Positions 12,364-24,326 of a stretch of 64,000 nucleotides of DNA are shown in pieces. The stretch's first letter is position 1, and the number at the start of each line of letters is the position of its first letter. The stretch is from Octopus sinensis (Eukaryota). Where the stretch lies: the NCBI RefSeq assembly GCF_006345805.1, contig NC_043001.1:10912001-10976000 (forward strand). The letters run 5' to 3'. Made by a program: the position numbers and the translations under genes. Under the pieces are notes generated by a model, which was not told where the DNA came from, did not search any database, and worked only from the letters and a program-made list of their open reading frames with translations.

Positions 12364-12686
12364 TAGTGTGACCTCGGTTTACGAACGCATCTCATTACGA
12401 GCATATCAATTGTACAAACAAATTTTCGAGCATAAAACGTCTCGAGTGACGAACGGTGACTCGAGTAACGAACACGCAAGTCAGCAACAAATGTTAGCAA
12501 CAAGCTGAGAGTATGAGCGGGTGAGCGTTGGCTGCCGTCTGACTTTTGATCAGTGGTCATCCCTGCTCGAATTTGCCAGCCCTTCTCTTGAATTTCTTAT
12601 AGGAAGAAATAGTTTCAGTTTACAAACATTTCGAATGACAAACGGCCTTCAGGAACGAATTAAATTCGTAAACCGAGGAACCACAA
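12364..12686. mobile_element. Tigger/pogo-like MITE
   Basis: TIRs 'agtgtgacctcggtttacgaa' and 'ttcgtaaaccgaggaaccac', with an internal 18-bp subrepeat 'cgagtaacgaacggtgctt'. Confidence 0.75.
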
Positions 12687-12747
12687 TAGCCTGTATTGTC
12701 TGTAATCTGTCGGTTTGTAGTAGATGTAAGTTGTGATCTTTCTGTCA

Positions 12748-13115
12748 TTTTTGAGCATAAAACGTCTCGAGTAACGAATGGTGCTTCGAGTAACTAATGG
12801 TGCTTCGAGTAACGAACGGTGCTTCAAGTAACGAACACGCAATTCAGCAAAAACTGTTTTTCACCAAGCTTAGAATATCAGCGGGAGAGCGTTAGCTGCC
12901 GTCTGACTTTTGATCAGTGGCCATGCCAGCTCGAATTTGCCAGCCCTTTTCTTGAATTTCTTATAGGAAGAAATAGTTTCAGTTTACAAACATTTCGAAC
13001 GACAAACGGCCTTCAGGAACGAACTAAATTCGTAAACCGAGGAACCACAATGGTCTGTATTGTCTGTAATCTGTCGGTTTGTAGTAGATGTAAGTTTTGA
13101 TCTTTCTGTCATTTT
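12748..13115 (+). repeat. Tandem duplicate of 12423-12752 (MITE body, right TIR and flank)
   Basis: Near-identical 'gagcataaaacgtctcgag...gatctttctgtcatttt' unit repeated. Confidence 0.9.
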
Positions 13116-13516
13116 GAATTATTAAAATGTCCAAGAAGGTTGTTTAATTTTGACTCTGTTCCATTGTGAACTGTATATTGTAGTTTGTGTCATTAATTAA
13201 GCTTTGAAACCAATGAGCTGGTCAAAGCCGTGTGTCCACAGAACGAAGCAATCACCTAAGTAACCTTTGCAGTTGTCAAATAGATATTTATGAGAGTTTA
13301 AGACGTTCAGTAGGCTTATGGGGATGGGAATGCGTAGGGTGAGTAGGAATTCGCATAAATTATTTGAGGTGGTCAAAGAAAATGATTGAAAGCTGGTTAT
13401 TGTGTGGAGTGGAGGGTGGGTGTTGGAGGGTGGTAGACTTCGACGCTAAGCTGTCCCAAATTTATTAATTGGATACACACACACACACATATATATGTAT
13501 ATGTAAGTATATATAT

Positions 13517-13549
<33 letters not shown>

Positions 13550-13724
13550 GGTGTGTGTGAATAAGAATGGAGGTAAATATATCTGATAGCGAATGCAATT
13601 TAATTGAAAATAATTGGGAATTTTTGGTGAAAATAACTATTCGTTGGATGGGTGTTGGTGCGTTGAATTATTATGGTTGAGTGCAAGTGGAGTGTTTTAT
13701 GAGGATGGCAGAATATTGATTTCA

Positions 13725-14300
13725 AATTTTGGTCCAAGGCCAGCAACTTCGGGGGAAAGGTGAAAGTATTACATTGACCACTGTCCTCACTTAGGACTTA
13801 TTTTATCGATCTTCGAAGGAATAAAAGGTTAGGTCGATTTCGGCGGAATTTGTACTCAGAAGGTGAACACGGACGAAATACCTGTTTCTTTACTACCCAC
13901 AAGGGGCTAAACACAGAGAGGACAAACAATGACAGACAAACGGATTAAGTCGATTAATTCGACCCCAGTGCGTAACTGGTACTTAATTCATCGACCCCGA
14001 AAGGATGAAAGGCAAAGTTGACCTCGGCGGAATTTGAACTCAGAACGTAACGGCAGACGAAATACCTATTTCTTTATTACCCACAAGGGGATAAACACAG
14101 AGAGGACAAACAAGGACAGACAAACGGATTAAGTCGATTATATCGATCCCAGTACGTAACTGGTACTTAATTCACCGACCCCGAAAGGATGAAAGGCAAA
14201 GTCGACCTCGGCGGAATTTGAACTCAGAAAGTAACGGCAGACAAAACACCGTTCAGCATTCCGTCCGGTGTGCTAATGATTCTGCCAGCTCGCCGCCTTT
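13725..14300 (-). mobile_element. SINE A trimer (A1 full + A1 headless + A2 headless)
   Basis: Three tandem 'gagttcaaattccgccga..cctttcatcc' units, joined at 'aaagaaaYa|ggtatttcgtc'. Confidence 0.9.
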
Positions 14301-14341
14301 CGATAGCGGAATATCTTTTTATAACAATTGGTGGTGGCATA

Positions 14342-14760
14342 CTCTTACTCTTTACTCTTTTACTTGTTTCAGTTATTTGACTGTGGCCATGCTGGAGCAC
14401 CGCCTTTAGTCGAGCAAATCGACCCCAGGACTTATTCTTTGTAAGCCTAGTACTTATTCTACCGGTCTTTCTTGCCGAACCGCTAAGTTACGGGGACGTA
14501 AACACACCAGCATCGGTTGTCAAGCGATGTTGGGTGGACAAACACAGACACACGAGCATACACAAACACATACATATACACATATATACATATATACGAC
14601 GGGCTTCTTTCAGTTTCCGTCTACCAAATTCACTCACAAGGTTTTCGTCGGTCCAAGGCTAAAGCAGAAGACACTTGCTCAAAGTGCCACGCAATGGGAC
14701 TGAACCCGGAACCATGTGGTTGGTCAACAAGCTACTTACCGCACAGCCACTCCTGCGCCT
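14342..14760 (-). mobile_element. SINE family B, full length
   Basis: Matches the B consensus. Confidence 0.93.
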
Positions 14761-14771
14761 ATATATATATA

Positions 14772-15125
14772 GTTCCGGGTTCAGTCCCACTGCGTGACAC
14801 CTTGGGCAAGTGTCTTCTACTATAGTCTCGGGCCGACCAAGGCCTTGTGAGTGGATTTGGTAGACGGAAACTGAAAGAAGCCCGTCGTATATATGTATAT
14901 GTTTGTGCGTGTGTTTGTTTGTGCGTATGTGTTTGTCCCCCTAGCATTGCTTGACAACCGATGCTGGTGTGTTTATGTCCCCGTTACTAGCGGTTCGGCA
15001 AAAGAGACCGATAGAATAAGTACTGGGCTTACAAAAGAATAAGTCCCGGGGTCGAGTTGTTCGATTAAAGGCGGTGCTCCAGCATGGCCGCAGTCGAATG
15101 ACTGAAACAAGTAAAAGAGTAAAGA
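14772..15125 (+). mobile_element. SINE family B, 5'-truncated, head-to-head with the previous copy
   Basis: Starts at 'gttccgggttcagtccc' and ends 'gtaaaagagtaaagagta'. Confidence 0.9.
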
Positions 15126-15213
<88 letters not shown>

Positions 15214-15649
15214 AACAAAGATACATTCCATCCATACGTCTTCTCGGCCCACTATCCTGGGAGAGTCATGGTTCAATCCTTGGAGATAGAGTCTTCAGGC
15301 ACTTACACCATAGGGTCCTATCAGATGCAGACCTCATTAGATTTTCGGACAAGATTTTTCAGTCATTAGATTGTGGCCATGCTGGGGCACCACCGTGAAG
15401 AATTTTAGTCGAACGAATCGATCCCCGTTCTTATTTTCTTTGGGCCTAATACTTGCATTGTCAGTTTCTTTTGCCGAAACCTAAGTACCATGTTTACAAA
15501 GAATAAGTCGTGGAGTCGATTTCTTCGACTAAAATCCTTTAAGGCTCCAGTATGGCCACAGCCAGAAGACTGATGCAAGTAAAAGAACCCACACACACAC
15601 ATACATATATTTATCAAACTAATTAACGCATAAGCAGAAATATATATGC

Positions 15650-16050
15650 TTGGCTCTGTGGTAAGTAGCTTGCTAACCAACCACATGGTTCCGGGTTCAG
15701 TCCCACTGCGTGGCATCTTGGGCAAGTGTCTTCTGCTATAGCCCCGGGCCGACCAATGCCTTGTGAGTGGATTTGGTAGACGGAAACTGAAAGAAGCCTG
15801 TCGTATATATGTATATATATGTATATATATATATGTGTGTGTGTGTGTGTTTGTGTGCCTGTGTTTGTCCCCCTAGCATTGCTTGACAACCGATGCTGGT
15901 GTGTTTACGTCCCCGTCACTTAGCGGTACGGCAAAAGAGACCGATAGAATAAGTACTGGGCTTACAAAAGAATAAGTCCCGGGGTCGAGTTGCTCGACTT
16001 TTAAAGGCGGTGCTGCAGCATGGCCGCAGTCAAAATGACTGAAACAAATA
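15650..16050 (+). mobile_element. SINE family B
   Basis: Matches the B consensus, with an A-rich tail. Confidence 0.93.
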
Positions 16051-16369
16051 AAAAAAATAAATAAATAAATAAAAAAAATAAAAAAAAAAATAAATAAATA
16101 AAAAAACTCGTGCCGGGAATATATGAGGATAAGCATTTACATAGAAGAGTCTACAAAAATATATCATTTTACAGAAAACCAACTGAGTCAGCAGGAAGGA
16201 AGTTTATAGCGATTCTTCAAAGAGAGGTAATAAATCCACTAAGTTCATACAATAAAGTCGTTTATGAGATATGAGAGAATTTGAATGGTCCTTTGCGCTG
16301 ATTCAACTTAGATAAATAAATAAATAAAATCCTGAGAAGAACTAGTCAAAGACTAGCAAGGAAGAGAAT

Positions 16370-16511
16370 GGAGTGGCTGTGTGGTAAGGGGGCTTGCTTA
16401 CCAGCCACATGGTTCCGGGTTAAGTTCCACTGCGTGGCACCTTGGGCAAGTGTCTTCTGCTATAACCTTGGCCGACGAAAGCCTTGACAGTGTATTTGAA
16501 AGAAGCCAGTC

Positions 16512-16512
<1 letters not shown>
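16370..16512 (+). mobile_element. SINE B 5' part
   Basis: 'gagtggctgtgtggtaag..ccttgggcaagtgtcttctgc'. Confidence 0.85.
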
Positions 16513-16557
<45 letters not shown>

Positions 16558-16561
<4 letters not shown>

Positions 16562-16735
16562 AGGGAGAATTCACGAATAAAAAACAAACAAAAGACGAAG
16601 ATAGGTGGTGTAGAAAATAAACAGATATATTAGTATAACGCTCGGGAATTGAAAAAAGTCTTTAACGTTTCGATCCTACGCTCTTCCACAAAAAGGAACA
16701 CAGAAAGAAACAAGGGAGAAAAAAATGTCTGTAGA
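16558..16735 (-). mobile_element. Family E small element (Penelope pLTR-like) with a degenerate hammerhead at ~16657-16696
   Basis: Shares 'aaaagacgaagacaggtggtgt..tattagtataacgctc..ttacgtttcga.cctacgctctt' with 25853, 40134, 51125 and 51620. Confidence 0.8.
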
Positions 16736-16744
16736 GGCTACCGA

Positions 16745-16799
<55 letters not shown>

Positions 16800-16801
<2 letters not shown>

Positions 16802-16940
16802 ATGTTTGTGTGTCTGTGTTTGTCCCCCCATCATCGCTTGACAGCCGATGTTGGTGTGTTTACGTCCCCGTAAATTAGTTTCGGCAAAAGAGACCGATAG
16901 AATAAGTACTAGGCTTACAACTGACTGAAACAAATAAAAG
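16800..16940 (+). mobile_element. SINE B 3' part with internal deletion
   Basis: 'catcgcttgacagccgatgttggtgtgtttacgtccccg..actgaaacaaataaaag'. Confidence 0.85.
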
Positions 16941-16979
16941 TATAAGTATGTATATATCTGTGTGTGTATGTGTGTGTGC

Positions 16980-17030
<51 letters not shown>

Positions 17031-17379
17031 TACACACACGCTCACACACACACATATATATAACTTTGAAGCCACCTTTCGCGTGGCATAAGGCCATCTC
17101 CTGCGGTGATCACGTTTTAGGCCTCCGACCCCACTATCGGGTCACTTAGAGGCTCTCTACCTTTGCGTAATGTAATGGACTCGGCTCCTGGTATTAATTA
17201 TACGGTACCCCATTCCAAACTCCCTACCCGACATATTACCCCATACCCCTACCATATACTCAATAACTATACTCCACTCGAACCCATACCTAAAACCCCA
17301 TCTCCCATTAACGTGTTTCTGCAGATGTACTAAGCCCTGATGCTGATCATTGTTTAATTAATAAGCGTAGGGGAGAGGT

Positions 17380-17725
17380 AAATGAAGTAAAAATAATGGG
17401 GAGGTCAGTGGGGTCCCACTTAAGCGGCCATTCAGAAATTGAACCTCCTTACGCTACTCCCTGGGAGTTCATGATATGAAATTCATTTTTATTGCGCCGA
17501 TTTGGTTGCCAATGCCGTGTATGTAGCTTAAAATTCTGTAAAAATAGGGAGGTCAGTGGGGCCCCCAATTAGGCGGCACTTAAAAAAAGAAGCCCCCTTA
17601 GGACTTTTTCTGGGTTTAGGGGAGTTGCTGGTTTGAGTTTCGTTGTACTTGCACCAACGGTTTGGGTAGAGTTAAGGAACATAAAAACGTAACGGACAGA
17701 AACATCACTCAAATTATATATATAT
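17380..17725 (-). mobile_element. Possible Helitron/Helentron-like element with internal ~150-bp-period subrepeats
   Basis: The end 'acggacagaaacatcactcaaattatatatat' resembles HINE/Helitron termini. 'gggaggtcagtgggg..ttaRgcggc' repeats at ~17398 and ~17547. Confidence 0.4.
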
Positions 17726-18339
17726 TATATATTATATATATATTATATATATATATATACATACACACACACATATACACACACATATATATTTATTATA
17801 TATATATGGCTATATAAAGGTGAAGAAAGCTCGCCCACCCCTTCACAAATTATGGAACAACCTAATGTTTAGTGAATGCCCTTTGACAGCAACGATAGTC
17901 TTGTTCACATCATTCATATCACCATACTTTGCTACAGTGTCTAACACTTCACAGCCGATGCCTGGCGATAGATCATACAAAGAATAGGTTCAATTTTAAG
18001 GTTTTGATTTTTCGCCAAGATCGAAAACTACTGACATAGACTAAACTTGGCTGGAGATCTGTCAAAAGACACACCAATATGGTCTTCTAACTATATGTCA
18101 ACGCCTGCAGTTCTGTAACACGCATCTACTTTCTTAAAGACATAAAATTCAATTATAAGTGGTTTTAATTTTTAATATAATGATGAGAAAATAATTTGCA
18201 AAATATAACTTAGCGGCTCGTCATAAGAATTAGATAAAATACATAGCAGGCTGAAAAAGAAAAGACACTGGAGTAGATTCGTTAGACTAAAACCCCGTCA
18301 ATTCAATGACACAAACAAATAAACAATAAAAGATATAAA

Positions 18340-18594
18340 ATTTACATTATTTATATTTGACGGATATGTGTCCTCATCTTGTTTGTTGTTAACACAATGT
18401 TTCGGCTGATATACCCTCCAGCCTTCATCAGGTGTCTTGAGGAAATTTCGAACCTGGGTTCCCATTCCTAAGGTATTTTTCGATGTTGTTGTTATTATTA
18501 TTATTATTATTATTATTGTTCAGATCACTGGTTGGAATCAAACTCGAAATCTTGGGGTTAGTAGCTCGCGCTCTTAACCACTACGCCATATGCC
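18340..18594 (-). mobile_element. tRNA-headed small element with a downstream minimal hammerhead motif
   Basis: Minus strand: 'ggcatatggcgtagtggttaagagcgcgagctactaaccccaagatttcgagtttgattcc' (A box, anticodon arm, B box), an (aat)n linker, then gacac-CTGATGA-a-ggctg..cagcc-GAAAC-ATT-gtgtt. Confidence 0.8.
18391..18436 (-). ncRNA. Minimal type-I hammerhead ribozyme motif (this copy has G16.2>A)
   Basis: Stem I gacac/gtgtt, intact CUGAUGA core, 5-bp stem II, GAAA. Stem III would be the ACGU palindrome but reads ACAU in this copy. Confidence 0.65.
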
Positions 18595-18799
18595 TCACCT
18601 CTTAAAGATAGAACTATATAAAAGTTAATTTAGGTCAATAACAGAAGTTAGTAGAATAATGTTTTGGCAGATTCTAAAGTGCCTACCTGATCGCTGTGGT
18701 TTTCTCTCACCGGAGAACACCTCATACCTCTCGGCGATTAGATATTCACGTTCGGATGAGCCGAAAAGAAACATCGTGTTTTTGATTCTCGAGTGGAGG

Positions 18800-19690
18800 A
18801 AGGCAGCGAGCGGGTAGAAACATTAGCACACCGGGTGCAATGCTTTGCAGTATTTCGTCTGTCTTTACATTCTAAGTTCAAATTCCGCCGAGGTCGACTT
18901 TGCCTTTTGGGGTTGATGAATTAAGTACTAGTTGCATACTAGGGTCAATTTAATCCACTGGCTCCATCCCCCACATTTTCGGACATTGTGCCTAGAGTAG
19001 AAAAGAATATTTTTGTTTTAAAAGGCGGCGAGCTGGCAGAAACTTTAGCACCCCGGGCGAAATGCTTAACACTATATGGTCTGTCTTTATGATCTGAGTT
19101 CAAATTCCGCCGAGGTAGACTTTGCCTTTCATCCTTTTGGGGTCGATTAAAGAAGTACCAGTTACGCACTGGGGTCGATATAATCGACTTATTTGGTTTG
19201 TCTGTCCTTGTTTGTCCCCTCAATGTTTAGTCCCTTGAGGGCATAAAGAAATAAGAAACGTTAGCACGCCGGGCGAAATGCTTAACAGGATTTCGTCTGT
19301 CTTCACGTTCTGAGTTCAAATTCCGTCGAGGTCGACTTTGCCTTTCATCTTTTCGGAGTCCATAATTAAGTACTAGTTGATTACTGGGGTCGATGTAATC
19401 GACTAGCCCTCCTGTCCCAAATTTCAGGCCTTTTGCCTATAGTAGAAATGATTATTATTATTTTTAAGGCTGCGAGCTGATAAGATCGTTTGCAAGTCAG
19501 GCAAAATGCTGAGCAGTATTTCGTCCGTGTTTACGTTCTGAGTTCAGATTCCGCCCAGGTCGATTTTACTTTTCATCCTTTCGGAGTTGATAAAATAAGT
19601 ACCAGTTGTGTATGGAGTCGATAGAGTCGACTTACCCCGTCCCTCGAAATTGCTGGCTTTCTGCCTGAAATTTGAAATCAATCTTGATGG
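18800..19690 (+). mobile_element. Cluster of four tandem SINE A copies (A2, A1, A2, A2)
   Basis: Repeated 'gagctggcagaaac..gttcaaattccgccgaggtcgactttgcc' units with two alternative 3' ends. Confidence 0.9.
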
Positions 19691-19721
19691 ATTTGTAAAT
19701 TGTAGTAAAAAACAATTGAAC

Positions 19722-20078
19722 AGGCGCAGGCATGGCTGTGTGGTAAGTAGCTTTCTTACCAACCACATGGTTCCGGGTTCAGACCCACCGCGTGGCACCT
19801 TAGGCCAGTGTCTTCTACTATAGCCTCGAGCCGACCAAAGCCTTGTAAGTGGATTTGGTAGACGGAAACTGAAAGAAGCTCGTCGTGTTTGCCCCCCCAC
19901 CATCGCTTGACAACAGATGTTGGTGTGTTTACGTCCCCGTAACTTAGCGGTTCGGCAAAAGAGACCTATGGGATAAGTACTAGGCTTGCAAAGAATAGGT
20001 CTTGAGGTCGATTCGTTCGACTAAAAGCGGTGCTCCAGCATGGCCGCAGTCAAATAAATGACTGAAACAAATAAAAGA
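19722..20078 (+). mobile_element. SINE family B
   Basis: 'ggcgcaggcatggctgtgtggtaagtagc' through 'gactgaaacaaataaaag'. Confidence 0.92.
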
Positions 20079-20353
20079 ATAAAAGAATACAATTTACTCT
20101 CCCTTCTACACTGCTTGCACCAATTCCGTGAATTACCAAACATATCTTGAAGAATTCGTACAATTTTGGACGGTTCCGTTATTTATTCACAACAAATTAT
20201 ATAAAAATACTCTTTTGAACAAAATATATTTTATCAGTTGATAATCGCTTGAAGCTCGGTTTCAAAAAGTTATGGACAACTGATAATATAAAGAAATATA
20301 ACTTTTTTATACCCAGGATAGGTTTAACAGTGTTAATATTGTTACTACATTAA

Positions 20354-20393
<40 letters not shown>

Positions 20394-21127
20394 TATGTAT
20401 ATGTTTATTTATTTATTGTATTATATACGAAGTATGACGACCGTAGATTCAGTTGTTTTGAGCAGAGAAAAATTATTACTCGCTAAAATTTTCACATCTC
20501 ACTTGACATAAAATTTCGTATAAAATATAATTTGGCTCTCCTGACAATCTACGGGTGTAAAAATGAAGAAAAGCGAGAAAAAAAAGGTAGAAGAAGCTTT
20601 TAAAACAAATCGACACAAACTGATAATATTCGGAAAATTTAGAACCACTTCACATTTATTTAACAAAATAAAAATATTCGCAGAAATGATCAGCTCAAAG
20701 TGTTAAGCAATATAAGCACCTCTTTGCATTGTGATAAAACAATATACGTGAATAAGGCACAACTGAAGTAGCTGTCAAGCTGCAAGCTGCAAGCATGGCG
20801 CCCGGGATTTTTTGTTTTCCTTTATTCCATTTAAAATAATTTATTCGTGTTCTCCGAAGCGATTATCTCGTTAAGTGAATTAAAAAAAAAACAAAGCCCC
20901 ACAGCTTAAAGATATTGTTGATTCCTATCGCAGTTACTATTTCACGTTCTGTAGTAAGGAATCTGAGTGGCAAGAGATGGTTGATAGCTAACGTAGCTTC
21001 TGATATGTAAAGCAGCTGTCTAATCGTAACGACAAAATTAGAGGCGTTCGATACATGTTCTGATGCTAATCGGAATAAAACGTCGCTCTTTTCAAGCCTA
21101 GCCAGGCTCAAAGGGCCCGGTTTATAT

Positions 21128-21550
21128 ACTCTTACTCTTTTACTCTCTTACTTGTTTCAGTCATTTGACTGCGGCCATGCCGGAGCACCGACTTTAGTCG
21201 AGCAAATCGACCCCGGGACTTATTCTTTGTAAGCCCAGTACTTATTCCATCGGTCTCTTTTGCCGAACCGCTAAGTTACGGGGACGTAAACACACCAGCA
21301 TCGGTTGTCAAGCAATGCTAGGGGAGACAAACACAGACACACAAACATATAAACACACACACATATATATATATACACATATATACGACAGGCTTCTTTC
21401 AGTTTCCGTCTACCAAATCCACTCACAAGGCATTGGTCGGCCCGGGGTTATAGCAGAAGACACTTGCCCAAGATGCCACGCGGTGGGACTGAACCTGGAA
21501 CCATGTGGTTGGTTAGCAAGCTACTTACCACACAGCCACTCCTGCGCCTA
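21128..21550 (-). mobile_element. SINE family B, full length
   Basis: Matches the B consensus; a short D-type tail lies just left at ~21095-21122. Confidence 0.93.
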
Positions 21551-21609
21551 TATAAAGATTTTCAAATCGAAATCGAAAAAATGTGTCATCATCTCAAGAC
21601 GGTATTGTA

Positions 21610-21792
21610 GTCGTTACGCTTTCGTCTGTCGTTACGTTGTGAGCTCAAATTCCGCCGAGGTCGACTTTGCCTTTCATCCTTTCGGGGGTCGATAAATTAA
21701 GTACTAGGGGCTCGATGTAATCGACTTAATACCTATGTCTGTCCTTGTTTGTCCCCTCTATGTTTAGCCCCTTGTGGGTAGTAAAGAAATAG
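21610..21792 (+). mobile_element. Headless SINE A1
   Basis: 'ttcgtctgtcgttacgttgtgagctcaaattcc..gtaaagaaata', flanked by 'ggtattgta' on both sides. Confidence 0.85.
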
Positions 21793-22175
21793 GTATTGTA
21801 ATACCAGTAATTGTAGGAGCACTAGGAATGATCTGTAAAGGAACTGAAAATTATTTAAGAATGATCCCATGCTTACCACCCATGCAAAAGATTGTCTTAA
21901 CTGGTACATCACACGTACTGAGAAAAGCATTGTCGCTGTAAATTTTCTTTCCTTTTCCCCCTTTATTTGTTTATTTTTCTATTTTTTCTATTTTAATTTT
22001 TCTCTCTGTCTTCCTCTTTTTCCCTATCACATGACTCTGTAAATGAACAATATTATGTGCTTGCTTTCATGGCCTACAAATGTATGCAGTACGTTTCTCG
22101 GCCCTAGGTGTCACGAAGACATTCGGAAAGAAATACAAGCAGAATTGAAAGAAGATGCTAATGAAAATGATGATG

Positions 22176-22177
<2 letters not shown>

Positions 22178-22241
<64 letters not shown>

Positions 22242-22648
22242 GCAGTATCAGGTAGTGTCTCTCATGGCTTCTGATCTTAACTGATCGGAAGTGTTATCAT
22301 GTACATTGTTTTGTCTTGGTATAAAAGATGGCCTACAGCAAATATTCTGCTCAATACCACAGATTTGCTTGTCAGTTGTTTGACTTTAATGAGATGAGCA
22401 TGTCCTTTAGTGGCTGACGATATGTGCATCTCTGAGCACGAGCAGGGGTAGTGGGGAAGCATCTTAGCCATGTGTTGGGAGGAATTCTTTGGGGCTTGAA
22501 TAATTCACCTCTGGAAACATGGGTGTCTTGTTCATCATCCTTAAACAGCCTTTATTCAGGGACATTTTGAGCGGGATGGGCTACTCGACCTGAAGAAAAT
22601 TCTAACTGGGCCCCACCTGCAAGGTCATGTGCTGTTTATCTTGATATG
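22178..22648 (-). mobile_element. Unclassified retroposon 3' end with a long (ATT)n tail
   Basis: About 400 bp of non-coding, moderately GC-rich sequence ending on the minus strand in 'gatactgcattt(att)n'. The tail type matches the RTE copy at 1050. Confidence 0.6.
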
Positions 22649-22765
22649 AGATTACCATGTCGCGGACTGGAGTACCCTAATCAGACGGGTAGTCATAATG
22701 GGTATACTGGACTTAGTATATTTTGCCCCAGTTTCACTTTGGTGGCATACGCTGCTCTCTCACTC

Positions 22766-22798
<33 letters not shown>

Positions 22799-23148
22799 AA
22801 TAATGATAATAATATTAATAATAATAATAATAATATTATTATATTAGTTCCTACGTGCGTTTCACCATTCTGGGTGTTTGGAACACTGCATTAGATGAAC
22901 CAAGTGCATTAGGATGCTTAAACAGAATGAATCATCAGGTATACGTCTAATCACGGAGGTGTGAGTTCGCGTCTCATAGCCGGCCGCCAACATTTTTCTG
23001 CAAAATAGGGGTTGCTTATCCTGTTCAGGGTATATTATTAGCATTATCCTACGTTTGAGAATATAAAAGTCACTTCTTTAACTTTCTAACACATCTCAAC
23101 TCTTCGAAAGCAAACTTCGTTTGTTTGTTTACGTCCGTCGTAATTTGA

Positions 23149-23217
<69 letters not shown>

Positions 23218-23521
23218 AATGTCAAACGATGAAAATGTGTATGTTGTGTGTGTATGTGTTCGTGTGTGTGTGGTGTGTGTGTGTGTAATTCACCCTCTAA
23301 CCTTTAGTCTATCGCTCTCCATCTCTCTCTAGTTGCAATTTGTCACTTCTCTCCCAACACGCCGGTCCATCATCCATTGATCCATCTATCTATCTATCTA
23401 TCCCTATGCCTGTCACACTGTCTTTATATACATATATATTATATATATATATATATATATAGATTAGTGGTACAACAAGGCACCAATATATATATATATA
23501 GTATGTATATGTAATTGTATC

Positions 23522-23566
<45 letters not shown>

Positions 23567-24326
23567 TATATATATATATATAATATATATATAATATATA
23601 TATATACATACATATATATAAGTATACATACCCACATATACATATATATGTAGCCTCTTATCTAACTAAGGCAAGCTGCTATTGTCATTCACCAATTGCC
23701 CAAATCTACACTTGTAAATTTAATTTGATTTCGATTTATCTTTTGATCTTATAACTAACCAGATCAGTTCCTACTTTCTCTGTATCGAACTCCTTACCCT
23801 TTGATCTCTGACAATTTCTATTCATCTTAGAAATTTCACTGGGGCGAAATATTCTTTTTGCTTTTGCCTCTCAATCATCGGTTGCTGAACGTTTGTCTAC
23901 TGCTTATTTATTTATATTTTATATATGGCATTTTGTGTAGAACAGCGTCGTTAGTCACAAATACAACCGGTTCAGTGTCTTCATGAAGGCGTATACAATA
24001 AATAATTATCTGTACCCCTCGAGTGGAATGGCATACATTCCAAAGCACTCTGATGCATCTGTTGCTAAACGGTTGTCTGCTACTTACTTATCTATAATTT
24101 ATATATTCTATATGGCATTTTGTGAAGAATAGCGTCGTTGTTTACAACTTTTAGCGTCGTTGGTTACGCTTATCATTTCATGTTTTATAGCAAAGAATCC
24201 CGGTGGAAAAAGGATTAGGATAGTGAACTTAGCTTTTAACGAATACTAAGTGGTCTAATCTGTAGTACTAAATTAGGGTCGCTATGTTTAGAATATGATT
24301 TCTTGAAAATGAAAGAAGGTCTAATA

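Noticed and set aside
12770-12835. CRISPR-like short repeats
   Set aside because: Adjacent 18-bp tandem subrepeats inside a MITE, with no spacers, in a eukaryotic context.
22043-22255. ORF ..RCHEDIRKEIQAELKE + poly-Asn
   Set aside because: The poly-N is the (ATT)n tail of a minus-strand retroposon, and no donor site closes the putative exon.
5803-24148. Small local duplications (5803-5870/6037-6105; 23881-23960/24061-24148; also 38898-38965)
   Set aside because: Ordinary slippage or microhomology duplications in AT-rich DNA with no further structure.
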